From: the human T2T-CHM13v2.0 reference genome, Homo sapiens
Assembly: GCF_009914755.1 (NCBI RefSeq)
Contig: NC_060926.1
DNA length: 64,000 nucleotides
Reading direction: 5' to 3' (one strand)
In this document: piece after piece, positions 1 through 18,662 of the stretch
Position numbering within the stretch: position 1 is the stretch's first letter
Layout of the letters: each line of letters begins with the position of its first letter
Translations under genes and position numbers: made by a program
The notes under the pieces: generated by a model
Databases searched by the model: none
The model's input: the letters and a program-made list of their open reading frames with translations, nothing else
Told to the model about the DNA's origin: nothing

Positions 1-506
1 CAGCCTTTCATACATTTCCTGGAGTGGGTGCTGTTCTTTTCCCACAGGACTGTACCATAGTGATAAAGGATGCTTTCTCTGGACTCTCCCTAGTCTCTCT
101 TGTGAGACCAGATGAGGTTCTGAGAAAACCTGAAAGTGGGTGTGAATTTCTTTATATCATAGCCCTCCGGGGATTCTGGGTTCCCTTGCTGGCTTACAGT
201 CAGCCTTTACCAATCTTCTTACAATTTGGCCGAAATTTTTTCACTGGTGTCCAGCAGAGACTGTCCTAGGTGAGGAAGTGCTCATGTGTCATTTTAGATT
301 TATATTTGTTTAGTTGGCTGATCTGCTACCTCAGGTCTTTGATGGGTTCAAGAAAAGTTATTAGGTAGTCTCTCTGAGCCTACTCTGGCTTGGGAGGCTG
401 CCCAATTAAAAAAAACAAGTTAATTTAAGGATTATGTAGCATTTATGTTTTTTATAAGGATGAAAGTGATGCCCTTTCCAGCTTTCTACATCCCAAGAGG
501 AAGCTA
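1..506 (-). mobile_element. Old L1M 5'-region fragment
   Basis: gatgggttcaagaaaagtta...ctttccagctttctacatcc...ggaagc resembles the reverse complement of an L1M 5' end. Confidence 0.5.
363..415 (+). mobile_element. Short polyadenylated retro-insertion (MER57-like LTR fragment)
   Basis: tctctctgagcctactctggcttgggaggctgcccaatt followed by an A-run, flanked by aagttatt/aagttaat. Confidence 0.5.
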
Positions 507-785
507 GGAGCATTCCTTATTCTTCACTGGGGTTTGAATTATCATTTCTTGCATACTATTTATCAATTTTGTTTTCTTACATAAAGAGGATTTTTCCATC
601 ATGAAATAGATAGAAACTATAGTTTCTTTTTAAAAGTCTGGGTAAATCTCTCTTGGATTCCAAGGTTTTAGACTAAGGAGTTAATGTAATAGTTACCAAT
701 AATACTGAGTTTTGAAAAGACCCACTAACAAGCTCATTTGGTAGAAAGAATGCCAGTACCCCAGAGAAACATCCAGTACTATTTA

Positions 786-1121
786 TAGTCATGCATTACA
801 TAATGTTTCGCTCAGCAACAGACCACATATGTGACAGTGGTCCCATAACATTATAAAACTATATTTTTATTATACCTTTTCTATGTTTAGATACACAAAT
901 ACTTACCATTGCATTACACTTGCTTATGGTATTCACCACAGAAACATGCTATAGAGGTTTGTAGCCTAGGAGCAATAGGCTATACCATATAGCCTATATG
1001 TGTAGTAGGCTATGCCATGTAGGTTTGTGTAACTACACTTTATAATGACTGCACAATGACAAAATTGCCTAATGACACATTTTTTCAGAACATATCCCTG
1101 TGGTTAAGTGATGCATGACTG
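786..1121. mobile_element. Tigger3a-like DNA transposon (MITE)
   Basis: TIRs (t)agtcatgc...gcatgactg, ~340 bp; typical internal ggtcccataa and catatccctgtggttaagtgatgcatgactg. Confidence 0.8.
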
Positions 1122-2239
1122 TCCTCTCAAACTTTTCTTTAGTTAAATAAATTGTAAGGGTACATTGAAAAATCAAGGTAGCTAGCAACTTTTAACCTCA
1201 GAATTTGCTATTATCGTATTTCATAATAGTACCTGGCCATAATTACAAGTCCTAAAGATCATGCCAGGAATAATAATGCCTAAGTTGCCTTTGTAGAAGA
1301 AATATTGAAATTTATATTATTTCAAGGGGCTTGAACATTTACTACTACTAACAAAAATCTTGTCTTGTTCTGTTGGCAGTCTCAGCTTTTATAAATGAAT
1401 CCAAGAGGCAGCTGATACCACAGTAATAGAAAAATTTTGGAAAGGAGCCATGTTTTTCTTTGAGTCAAAAGGCAGATGCCAACTAGGAACATTAGCTCCT
1501 TGCATTTTTTTTCTCCCCCAACCCCACATCCCTCTGTGCATAATTTATGCCTTTTTCTTTTCTTTTTTTTTTTAAATAGCCTGCCACCAGGTTAAGTTGG
1601 TGCTGGGTACAAAGCTCTGTCCTTTTCAATTTCTATCTGCCAGCGTGCAGCATGGGTACTGGTTGAAGCCGGAAATCCTTACTGACATGTGGAGTAACTT
1701 GTGCTTCTTTTCTTAGATTCTTCTGAAAGGCAAATGGCCACAATCACACTTTGGCTGTCTTGTGAAAAAATCAAGCAGAATTGTCACCCCCAGCTCTGCA
1801 CTACACAGTTGAGGTTGCTAGGTAGCATATATGAAACTATGGTGGAATATACTACAAAAGTCTTGGCTTGAGAATGAAACTGATTGCTGCTTTGTTTCTT
1901 AGTCTCTAGATGTAAAAACCGGGAAAGCCATATTAGAAAAAATATTTAGATTTCAAATTAATATGTAGTGCTTTGTTAACAGAGCATTTAATGATCCCTT
2001 TGAATCCTGTTTATGAGCAATCATATATTCATAGGGACCAATTGAGATACGCTTTAAGTTAAAAAGGGGAGATAATTTATTTAATTAAGTTGTACATTTT
2101 TCTTTTTTCTGATGCAACATCAAGGTATGTAAAAGTAACATTTATTTGTCTTACTGTGTGGCAATTTTTGTAAAGAATTGGATAAATTATGTTGATGTTC
2201 TTTTCATCTTTGATGGTGTGTTACAAAGAAAAAACGATG

Positions 2240-2405
2240 GGAATTTCAGTGACCTGAGTTTCATTCCTAGCATAACCATTAACTAACTTTATTTGTGCTG
2301 TGAGTCACTGAATCTGATCAGATCTCAGTTTTATTTTATTTTTTTATAATGAAGGAATCGAATTGGTTATGCTTCAGAGTCTCTTCCAGTTCCATGATTC
2401 TGAGG
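2240..2405 (+). mobile_element. MIR fragment
   Basis: gacctgagtttcattcctag...ctcagtttt...tccttcc-like MIR core. Confidence 0.5.
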
Positions 2406-2953
2406 AGAACATAGCTAAAAAGAGATGGGAGTTTTGGGAGATGTCAGGAATGTGAGTTTTTGACATACAGGTCTCAGGGCTTACAGATGAAAGATCTCTG
2501 AAAGATAAATTCAAACAGCTATATAAAGCAGATCTAACTTGATAAACACATGTATTAGATGGTAGTACCTTATTCAGTTGCGTGATTATACAAGCCTTTA
2601 TTGGCCCAGTGCAGGCATAATGCAATTGGCAATTTTTAATGTATGCAAATTTTCACTGCTGCCTTGCTTGGCATAGCAGAAACATTATAGCCAGGACAGA
2701 GATGTACGACTAATTCTGTGTGACCACTTAACTTCTTTTTTTTAAAAAGTAATTTGGTGTGTTCTCCCCCAGGAAAACTTTCTATGTAATAAAAAAGTAC
2801 CATCTGCCAGATTGTCTAAAAGCAATTTCAATGCAAAACAACACTTGCTTTAGATTACTGATTCTTACTTGCTGCTGTGTGTATTGAAGGTTTTCATTTC
2901 AGTGAATAAAAGTTTGATATTTGAGAATGTATCTAGATGTGAAATTTTACAAC

Positions 2954-3040
2954 AGATTGTGCTTATATCTAGATTGTGGTTATATCTACATTTACAGTGC
3001 TATAAAATTGTACTTATATCTTAGATTGTACTTATATCTA
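2954..3040. repeat. Degenerate 17-bp repeat AGATTGTRSTTATATCT, 4 copies in two pairs
   Basis: Copies at 2954-2970, 2971-2987, 3005-3021 and 3023-3039. Confidence 0.8.
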
Positions 3041-4122
3041 CCTATACTTTTTCAAATCTATGAAATTAGGTTCAATAATTTAAAATATTAACTGAAGCCC
3101 AGCCATTGCTTTAAAAAAGAGAGAGAGAGATACATGGAATTTAAATGTTTGGGAAACTGACCTTACTAGTTATCTGTGAATTAATTTATATGTAATCTTT
3201 TCTCTACCACCTACCCCCATAATAATCATTTATTGAAAGGCATTATTTGGATGCTGATGAGAAGATTTAAAAATAAAAGCGTAAAGAAAAATGTAATGAA
3301 TTAATTCTACCCATATCCCCCACAACTGATGGAGACTACGTTTTGGGCTACCAAATCTTAATGATTTCAGAAATATTTCTTTGCACACTCATGATGTTGC
3401 TCAGTACCGTCATTCATTCTGCTACTCAACAGAACCTTATTTGAGCCCTTCATATGTGTCAGCATTTTAGGCGGTTAAGTACTGTAGGCTATAGAAATGA
3501 ATAAATCTTGTTCATTACTATCAAGGTAAAAATATTCTTCTTTCTGCCAAATGACAAGCGATTTAAATGACCTATTTCAGTTAAGCTAAGCAATATATTA
3601 GATTTAGGAAAGAGATATAGTAACTTTTGACTTCAAGTGAGGTCATTGCTTTACTTATCAATATGTGACATTCTCTACTTCAGCAACCATGATTCCCTAA
3701 GTTATGAAAGAATTTACAGAAAACGAAGTTGATTATAATACAGTGATTTAGATACTCAAGTTATTCATATAATTTTTAGCCTCAGAAGTTTTTGATGTGT
3801 ATATTCTGTATTTAATGAGATCACATATAATTGAAGAAAACTTACTTTCTAGGCCTGATTCACAAACTCTTGTGATTTTTATAAAAATGTATTAATTTGG
3901 AAAAGATACATCAGACAGTACTTTACAATAGCAATCAATCTTATGTTCTCATTCAACAAAACTTGAGGGTGTGAACAAGTTTTTATACTATGTATCTGTA
4001 CTAAAAAATAAAATAGTACCCGCTTTTTGAGCTGCAGACACTAGACTTTGTTTTATAAACTCAATAGTTGATATTTTCAGTGAATAAAATTTTGTTCTTT
4101 TTTAATTTGAGCCTTTCTAATT

Positions 4123-7041
4123 CCTTTCTTTTTTTAACTTTTATTTTAAGTTCAGGGGTACATGTGCAGGAAATGCAGGTTTGTTAAATATGTAAACGTG
4201 TGTCATGGAGGTTTGTTGTACAGATTATTTTACCACCCAGGTATTAAGCCTATAATCCACTAGCTATTTTTCCTGGTCCTCTTCTTCCTCTTGCCCTCCA
4301 CCCTCCAATAGGCACCATTGTGCATTATTCATCTCCATGTGTCCATGCGTTCTCATCATTTATCTCTCACTTATAAGTGAGAACATGCGGTATTAAGTTT
4401 TCTGTTCCTGCGTTAGTTTGCTAAGGATAATGGCCTCCAGCTTCACTCATGTCCTTGCACAAGACATCATTTCGGTTTTGTTGTGGCTGCATAGTATTAC
4501 ATGGTGTATACGTACCACATTTTCTTTATCCAGTCTATCATTGATGGGCATTTGGGTTGATACCATGTCTTTCCTATTGTGAATAGTGCTGCAGTGAACA
4601 TACACGTGCATGTGTTTTTATAATAGGACAATTTATATTCCTATGGGTGTATACCCAGTAATGGGATTGCTGGGTTGAATGGTATTTCTGTTTCTAGGTC
4701 TTTGAGGAATCACCTCAGTGTCTTCCACAATGGCTGAACTAATTTACATTCCCACCAACAGTGTAAAAGCATTCCTTTTTCTCCACAATCTCGCCGGCAG
4801 CTGTTATTTTTTTACTTTTTAGTAATAGCCATTCTGACTGATGTGAGATGGTATCTCGTGGTTTTGATTTGCATTTATCTAATGATCAGTGATGTTGAGG
4901 TTTTTTTCATAGATTTTTCACCACATGTATGTCTTCTTTCGAAAAGTGTCTTTTCATGTCCTTTGCCCACTTTTTAATGGGGTTGTTTTTTTCTTGTAAA
5001 TTTGTTTAAGTTCCTTATAGATGCTGGATATTAGACCTTTATCAGATGCATAGTTTGTAAAAATTTTCTTCCCTTCTGTAGTTGGTTCACTTTGTTGATA
5101 GTTTCTTTTGCTGTGCAGAATCAGAAATGATAAGGGGGATATTGCCACTGACCCCACAGAAGTACAAACAATAATCAGAGAATATTATAAATACCTCTAT
5201 GCAAGTAAATTGGAAAATCTAGGAGAAATGGATAAATTCATGTACATACACCCTTCCAAGACTGAAGCAGGAAGAAATTGAATCCCTGAAGAGACCAATA
5301 ACAAGTTCTGAAATTGAAGCAGTAATAAATAGCCTACCAACCACAAAAAGCCCAGGACCAGACGGATTCACAGCTGAATTCTATCAGAGATACAAAGAAG
5401 AGCTGGTACCATTCCTGTTGAAACTATTACAAAAAAATGAAAGAAAAAAAAAACGGACTCCTTGCTAACTCATTCTATGAGTCCAGCATCATCCTGATAC
5501 CAAAACCTGGCAGAGATACAACAAAAAAGGAAAATTTTAGGCCAATATCTTTGATGAACATCAATGCAAAAATCCTCAACAAAATACTGGCAAACCAAAT
5601 CCAGCAGCACATCAAAAAGCTTATCCATCAGGATCAAGTAGGCTTCATCTCTGGATGCAAGGCTGGTCCAACATTTGCAAATCAATAAACATAATTCATC
5701 ACACAAACAGAACTAAAGACAAAAATCACTTGATTATCTCAATAGATGCAGAAAAGGCTTTCAATAAAATTCAACATCGCTTCATGTTAAAAACTGTCAA
5801 TAAACTAGGTATTGAAGAAACATACCTCCAAATAATAAGAGCCATATATTACAGACCCACAGCCAATATCATACTGAATGGGCAAAAGCTGGAAGCATTC
5901 ACTTTGAAAACTGGCACAAGACAAGGAAGCCCTCTCTCACCACTCCTATTCAACATAGTATTGGAAGTTCCGGCCAGGGCAATCGAACAAGAGAAAGAAA
6001 TAAAAGGTATTTAGGAAGAGAGGAAGTCAAACTATCTTTGTTTGTAGATGACATGATCCTATATCCAGAAAACTCCGTCGTCTCAGCCCAAAAGCTTCTT
6101 AAGCTGATAAGCAACTTCAGCAAAGTCTCAGGATACAAAATCAATGTGCACAAATTGCTAGCATTCCTATACACCAACAACAGACAAGCTGAGAGCCAAA
6201 TCACGAATGAACTCCCATTCACAGTTGCTACAGATGCCGAGGAGTACAGCTAACAAGGGAAGTGAAGGACCTCCAGAGGGAGAACCAGAAACCATTGCTC
6301 AAATAAATCAGAGAGGACACAAACAAATGGAAAAGCATTCCATGCTCATGGATAGGAAGAATCAATATCATGAAAATGGTCACACTTCCCAAAGCAGTTT
6401 ATAGATTCAATGCTAGTCCCATTAAACTACCATTGACATTTCTCACAGAACTAGAAAAAAATTACTTTAAAATTCATATGGAGCCAAAAAGGAGCCCAAA
6501 TAGCCAAGGCAATCCTAAGCAAAAAGAACAAGGCTGGTGGCATCACACTACCCAACTTCAAACTATGCTACAGGGCCACAGTAACCAAAACAGTATGGTA
6601 GTGGCACAAGAATAGACACATAGACCAATGGAACAGAATAGAGAACCCAGAAATAAGACTGTGTACACCTACAACTATCTGATCTTTGACAAAACTGACA
6701 AAAGCAATAGGGAAAGGATTCCCTATTTAATAAATGGTGCTGGGAGAACTGGTTAGCCATATGTGGAAGACTAAAGCTGGACCCCTTCCCTACACCTTAT
6801 AAAAAAATCAGCTCAAGATGGATCAAAGACTTAAATGTAAAACCAAAAACTGTAAAAACCCTAGAGGAAAACCTAGGCAATTGTTGGGATTCGATCAGGC
6901 TGGTGCAATACCTCAGGCAGTACCATTCAGGACGTAGTTATGGGCAAAGATTTCATGATGAAGATGCCAAAAGCAGTTGCAACAAAAGTGACGCTTGAAA
7001 AAAGGATCTAAAAGAGCTTCTGCACACCAAAAGAAACTATC
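4123..7041 (-). mobile_element. 5'-inverted, truncated L1 (L1PA10-13-like)
   Basis: T-tail, 3' UTR and ORF2 end on minus (4123-5120); ORF2 RT fragments on plus (5119-7041; ORFs 5437, 5655, 6038). Candidate TSD tctaatt at 4116-4122 and 7040-7046. Confidence 0.9.
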
Positions 7042-7625
7042 TAATTGTACGCATCAAACATGTCTGTAACATTTTAAAAGGCTTTGTCTTAATATTTATA
7101 TCTTCAATTATGAATTGTCTCTTTTGGTATTTATAAAGAGCCACGTTGTTAAAAATATTAGGTGTATAACTGCCATTTAAGTCTTGGGAAGGGATATATT
7201 ACTAAGATCATTTGCTTAATTTATTTGCTTGTGTGTGTGTGTGTATCTCATGACATGATTATATGCCCACAATTATATATGATTATTATAATTCATTAAA
7301 AATTTTAATTAAAAAGTAATTCAAATTGTTTCTAAAGTAGATAGATGATGGAGAGTGAGATAGGCAGTACTGTTTTCAAATAGAACTGTAATATGCTAGC
7401 ACTGAAAGCAAACTTAGAGGTCATCATATCTGACACGTTGGTTTCAGATCAGGAAACAGAGAAAACAAGAGGCTTAATTCTCTGTCACAGTATACTGGCC
7501 CATTAACTGTGGCCAGGATTACTATTGACAGTGTCCTGCCCTAGGAATACAGATGTGAAGTAGGTTGGTTCCCTAGGTTGGTCTGTGGGCAGCCTGGGAG
7601 TCAGAACCTCTCTGGAAAGTGCTAG

Positions 7626-7964
<339 letters not shown>

Positions 7965-8942
7965 TGGACTCACATTTTCTAGGGCTCCCATGAGTCTCCC
8001 TAGAGCTGAACCTCAAGTGCACTTCTCCATCGGCCTTCAGCCTTCTGGGCTTGACTGCAAATGGACTCTCAGCCCTTTTCCTGCTGGCAGGGGCAAGTCC
8101 ACCTGGCCTTTGGAGGTGTAGGAGACAAGTAGGTGATGAAGTGTGAGAAACAGTTCTGATATATGTGTGTTAACACTTGTTATATGCGTGCTGTGATGAG
8201 CGTGCAGTTCGGGTTTTGTTTTGCTATGGGAATTGACTTTTCTAGAAATCCCACCTGAATTCCAAGTAGTCCCAAGGTGGACCATGCTGAGAGCCTGAGA
8301 GAGATGAAAATGGTACTTGAGCTCATCTATTCTGGTCTTTTAGATGTTGTCTAGCATTTGTTTTGATTTTGAAAGTAATATTTATACACTATGGAAAATA
8401 CAAACCAGCAAGAAGTCAAAAAAGTAATCTATAATTTCACCAAACATAGAAAAGCCACTTCGCATTTGGGTTATATCCATGCACATACCCATAACACAGG
8501 CACCTAGAGGAAAGCACTGTAAATATTTTGGTGAAATTCCTTCCAGGTTAATGAGTATTAGGTGGTAATGACTATGCTGAGAAGATTCACTTACCCACGC
8601 AGAACCCTATAAAATAAATATTTTAAATTATTTTCATTGTTTTAGATTGTGAGGCAGAGGCACAGAGAAATCAAATGACTTTTTCAGGGTCACATTCTAA
8701 GTGGTAAATATCAGATTAGAGGGCCAGATGTCTCTATTCCTAGTTGGGACACTTTTTACGTTATACAATATTATAGCCTCCTCAGAAAAAGTATATCTAG
8801 GCTGCTACTGAATTGTCAGTTAACTAAGTAGAGATTAACATGGTTTTCTTGTAAGTCTATAGCCTGTCATATAATTGGCCCATGTAACTTAGCTGGAGGA
8901 TGTTTGTATTCTTGGAGTTAGATTGGCTGTCGTGATCATCTT

Positions 8943-9237
8943 TTTTTTTTTTTTTGAGACAGAGTCTCGTTCTGTCACCCAGGCTGGAGTGCAGTGGCAT
9001 GATCTCGGCTCACTGCAAGCTCTGTTTCCCGGGTTCATGCCATTCTCCCTGCCTCAGCGTCCTGAGTAGCTGGGACTACAGGTGCCCGCCACCACACCCG
9101 GCTAATTTTTTGTATTTTTAGTAGAGACAGGGTTTCACCGTGTTAACTAGGATGGTCTTGATCTCCTGACCTCATGATCCACCCGCCTTGGCCTCCCAGA
9201 GTGCTGGGATTACAGGCGTGAGCCACCGTGCCCAGCC
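8943..9237 (-). mobile_element. AluY
   Basis: Diagnostic ctgcaagctc and gccattctcc; TSD gt(c/t)gtgatcatctt at 8929-8942 and 9238-9251. Confidence 0.92.
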
Positions 9238-11844
9238 GTTGTGATCATCTTGAATTCAGAAAACTGAAAACTCAGAGGTATGTGTGGCCACTATTGATAA
9301 TTCTTTGCTAAATTAAAAAGACTGCATTATTTACAGAGATAGCAATGACAATTATCTTACTTTTGTCTTTATCTATTCATATATGTTTAGCTAAGTTTTT
9401 TTTGTTTGTTTGGTTTGGATTTTTTTTAATTTTTAAATATTAGTGACATTTGAATTAAGGATATTTGCATTGTTAATTTAAATAGAACTTAATTTGTCTT
9501 TAATAGTTTTCCTTTTAGAAAAGAAATGATTCATAATAGAAAAGAATAAATGTGCTTGCATTAAGTGTGCCTTAAGACATCACAATTTTATGTTGAGCTA
9601 TTTCCCATTACTCCAGTTACTTATTAGTGGGAATTATTCACATGAGAATTTCCGCTGTTGTCCGCTCTGCCTCTCTTAAACAATCTTACAGTTATACCCA
9701 TTCTCCCATCCATTATATTGTGTTGTGTTGCTGGTGAGAAAAACCAAGAGTCATATGTTGGTTTCCATTTATTATACAGTCACAAACAGCCTCAAGGTGG
9801 TCTAGTGTCATCTCATGGCAGTTCTCCAGTGATTCAAAACTATAATCGTGTTGTACTTAGTTATGGAGAGCCAGATGTGAGAGTCACGTATTTGTGTATC
9901 TTCACTAATCTCAATCAGAGGACCAAAGATCTCCTTAATAGATACCTGGCCCAAATTGTGCAAAAGTATAAAGATTACTATAAATATTAAACTGATTAAA
10001 ATTACACTCTAATTATTTGCTTTGGAAAAATTGCAGATGGCCTGAGTGTGCAGTCATAGGAGACAGGTGAAACAAATCATGATATGAGGTGACTCTTGAA
10101 TCATTGCATCGGGATTCTTTACAGATCAAACCAGAACAATCCAAAGCCCAGTAGTTTTTGATTTTCAACTCAATGAGTCTAAAAGGGAACCACTTGCTTC
10201 TGGCTAGCGTGATGCTAAAATAAAATGTAGCCCATGGACATTACAGGAGATAGTGTTTAATAAGTGTACTCTAGAAGTGACATCTATATAGAACACCTAC
10301 TCTCTTCATTGTGTCTTTAAATAAGCTGGGTCTCTGGGGGTTAGTAAGGCCCTTCTTTTGCACACTGTGCTATGACAAAGATAAATTTTAAACCTCAAGT
10401 AATTTACTATTGTCTAGAGCATGCTTTTTGGAGAGGAGGGAAATAAGTCCCTGACTTACATAACGCAGGCCTAGTAAGGCCTATTTTGCATATAACTTTG
10501 AGATTGTGACATTTGTCAGGTTATGCTGCATTTCATCCCCCTTTGGTAGCCTTCATTATTTGCTCATTGTTATTTTAAAGTTTTATGTATTACAAAACCA
10601 CATAAACAGTGCTTCTTGGTCTGTAGGCCCACCTGTGCAGTGGACTTCTGGATTTCTCTGTGTGCTCTGAGGAAGGGATCCAAGTGGCCATTGTTGACAG
10701 GCCATTGGCCTGTGTTGACAGCTTGTTTCTGTTATGCCTTTGCTCAGTATAGTCTTGCTGGTGGTAGCGACAGGGGGAAGTGAAAGACCACTGAGTGCCT
10801 CTTAAATCAGTTGTCATTTTGGCAGATTCAATCTAAACCAAGGATGACTTCCATATGCAATGGCTGTGCAGGATGTTTTGGCCCAAGCAAATAATACTTA
10901 ATCAGCAGTGTGGTTCATCTTATTACTCTAAGGAGAAAATAACCTACTACCAAATTCTACTCTATTGTAGATAGGATTTTTTAAAACGAAAATAAAAACA
11001 TCTGCTGTTTTGTAGCTGCTTGAACCTGAGGCTCTGTGCCCCTAGAGGAGCAGCGGTTGTACAATTGCTGTGCGTTCTGTGTCTCTTAGACCTTGCCACC
11101 AGGCTAGGGGGACACTGTCAGAGTTAATAAGCAATTAGGACGTTCTGTCCTGTCAATTAACTGGCAGAATAATGAGACCGCAGGAGCACTCTCCTTAAAA
11201 ATGCCGAGACTTGTGTTCTGAAAAGCGTGTCTTTCTCTGCTGTTTGCAGTTACACGAATAGACAACTACTTAACACTTAAAAAAATACAGTGAAAATTAT
11301 ACCTACAGCAAACAGAAAAGAGAGGTATACAAATGGGATATCATTCACTCTAAACTCAGAATTCATAGATTTTCCTCCTGAGTGGCTGTAGTGATATTAT
11401 AATATTTTCTGTCACCTTATTTGGCTTAAAGATTGACAGAATACTTAGGTAGTGAACATCCTTTGTTGTATAAATCAATGTTTAAAGTCTAAGTTTTGGA
11501 CAATCTGGGTATTGATGCCAAATTTGAATTAGTGAGTTCCTGGCCATGGTCTATTGATGGATTTTTGTTTCCCCTTGAATGTGATGAGACCTTAGTGAAG
11601 GATTTTCATAGAGGAGCGAGGGGAGCAAAGAAAATAGATAAAAGCCCAGGAATAGGGAGACAGTCTGTTGGAGGAACTAGGTTGGTTGTGGTTACAATGT
11701 ATTTTTCATGGGGAGATTTGTGGGGAGGATTGCAATTTATCAGAGGGCAGAGATAAGTAGGAATCAAGTTGTGAAGGGCTCAGTATGATGTGTTTGAAGG
11801 TTTTGTGTTTAATCCTGAGGACAGTGGAAACAAGATCAAATCTG

Positions 11845-16030
<4,186 letters not shown>

Positions 16031-16333
16031 TCTGGGTTTTAAGACCACTCTGTTAGGTTAGGGGAAGTTGGGGGCAAAGAATTTAAGTGAGTCATAGCAT
16101 GTATACCAGCAGCATTGTAAGTGACCTGTATATGTGTGTGTACATGGATGTGGACATTGCTGGGAGGCTGACATAGGTCCCATAGCTAATAAAGGGTAGG
16201 GCTGAGACTGGATGGAACCCAGTCAGTTTCATTTCACAGTCTATGTACTTTATTGTTACATTGTTTTGCCTTTCATATTGTATTGGTAGGACATAATAAT
16301 AGTGATATTTGTATTAATAATTTGATTAATAAT

Positions 16334-18020
16334 TATATTAGTTTGCTAGGACCATCATAACTAAATACCACAGTCTGGGTAGTTTAAACACATAAATGTA
16401 TTTTCTCACATCTCCAGAGGCAGGAAGTTCAAGATCAAGGTGCCGACAGGTTTGGCTTCTCCTGAGGCTGCTCTCCTTGGCTTGCAGATGGCCTTTCCCC
16501 CGTGTCCTCCCATGCTCTTTCCTCTGTGCACGTGTCCTTGGTGTCTCTTTTTGCATCCAAATTTCCCTCTCTTATAAGGATACTAGTCAGATTGGTTTAA
16601 GGATCACTCTAATGGCCTTATTTGTAAAAATTAATTATTTAGTTGATCAAAATTGTATCTGTTTTTCACGTACTCCACAATGTTTTGAAATGCATATCTA
16701 TTGTGGAATGGCTAAACAACCTAATTAACATAAGTTACCTTACATCCTTAGTTTTTGTGATAAGAGCCCTAAAAATCTACTCTTCATGATTTTCAAGAAT
16801 ACAATACATTGTTATCAACTGTAGTCACTGTTGTACAGTCACTGTATCATAGATAGATCTCTGTCTAACTGAAATTTTGTACCCTTTGACCCAGGGTCTC
16901 CCCAGCTTGCAGCTCTGTAGCCACCCTTCTGCTCTCTGCTTCTGTGAGTTCAGTTTTTTAAGATTCCATATATAAGTGAGATCATACAGTATTTGTCTTT
17001 CTGTGCCTGGCTTATTTTATTTAATGTATTGTCCTCCAGTTTCCTCCACGTTGTTGGAAATGACAACATGGAGGATTTCTTTCTGTTTTAAGGCTGAATA
17101 GTATTCATTGTGTATATGTTACCATGTTTTATTTATTCATTCACCTGTTGATGGACACTTAGGTTGATTACTGGCTATTGTGAATAATGCCTCAATGAAC
17201 ATGGGAGTGCAGATATCTCTTCAACCTACTGACTTCAGTTCCTTTAGAGGAAACTCCATGCTGTTTTCCATAATGGCTGTACCAACTTATATTCCCACCA
17301 GCAGTGTGCAAGAGTTCCCCTTTCTCCACATCCTCTCCAAGACTTATCTTTCATCTTTTTGATAATAGCCATTCTAACAAGTGTGAGGTAGGTGATACCT
17401 CACTGTGGTTTCAATTAGCATTTCCCTGATATTTAGTGAGCATTTTTCACATACCTGTTGGCCATTCATATGTCATCCTTTGAGAGATGTCTGTTCAGGT
17501 CCTTTGTCCATTTTAAAAATTGGGTTGTTTTCTTGCCTTTGAGTTGAGTTTCTTATGTTTTTTATACTAATGCATTATCAGATGTATGGTTTGCAGACAT
17601 GAAATTTTTCCCATTCCATCAGTTGTCTCTTCACTTTGTTTCCTTTGTGGTGCAGAAGCTTTTTCATTTTATGTAATCTTGTTTGTCTATTCTTGATTTT
17701 GTCGACCATGCTTTCAGGGTCATATCTAAAAAATTATTGCCCAGACCAATGTAATGGAGCTCTTCCCCTCCATTTTCTTCTAGTAGGTTTACAGTTTCAG
17801 GTCTTATGTTTAAGTCTTAAATCTATTTCAAGTGGATTTTTGTACATGGTGTGAGATAAAAATCTAATATTGCCCTTCTGCCTATGGGTATCCTAATGGC
17901 TTCCGTTTAACTACATCACATCTTTAAAGGCCCTATCTCCAAATACAGTCTCTTTCTGTAGTACTGGGGTTTAGGGCTGCCACAGGTGAATTTTGAGGAT
18001 ATACAATTCAGCGAATAACA
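16334..18020 (-). mobile_element. MLT1A-type MaLR LTR split by an L1MA insertion
   Basis: LTR halves at 16334-16620 and 17893-18020; ctaatggc is duplicated at the break. Confidence 0.8.
16621..17892 (-). mobile_element. L1MA (MA4-6-like) 3' fragment
   Basis: tgtggaatggctaaa...ctaattaacata 3' UTR signature followed by the antisense ORF2 end. Confidence 0.8.
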
Positions 18021-18662
18021 ATAACATAATAATACTATTATTAATATTAGTATTCTGCTAAATGCTACCAGTACTTCAATAGTTTAGTTAACTCATATTT
18101 TTTGTTCTCATACTCATTCCTGTTGAAGTGAAATTAGAAAATTTAGCAAATTAGAGTTTTGTTTGTAAAATATTCATGAAAAGTTTTCAAATTAATTTTT
18201 TTAAGTGTTGGCTATTAATGACTTCTTGGTCAAACTTTAAGCTTCCTATGGGAACTTCACTGTAGAGTTCATGATTGAATATTTTCAGGGTCTTCAGTAG
18301 ATATCGGGGAAAGGCCAGGGAATATGAAATCCCAAATGTTTTCCAACCCACAGTTAACAGCTAACTGTCTATATAATCTTCCAATTCAATGGAAAGGCAG
18401 AATTTAAAGATGATGTTAAGAATAAATAAAGGAGAGTGAACTTTTATGTAAGATACAGCTCATGTCAAGAACTAAATATATTCATAGTTGCAATGTCTTT
18501 AGGTGATTTCTGAACAAAAGAGAATAACCTTTGTTGTCCGACATGTTTCAGTGAATTAATGGAGATTGTGCATGTATCCAAGGACTACAATTCAAGAAAG
18601 ACCAAAGATATACTTTGCTAATAGTTTTAAATAACTAGAGGAGATGTTTCTCTCAGAAATTT

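Noticed and set aside
2954-3040. CRISPR-like repeat/spacer look
   Set aside because: Eukaryotic intron, mostly adjacent units, only one spacer and no cas genes.
10341-10490. tagtaaggcc...ttttgca occurring twice about 130 bp apart
   Set aside because: Too short and gapped to distinguish from chance.
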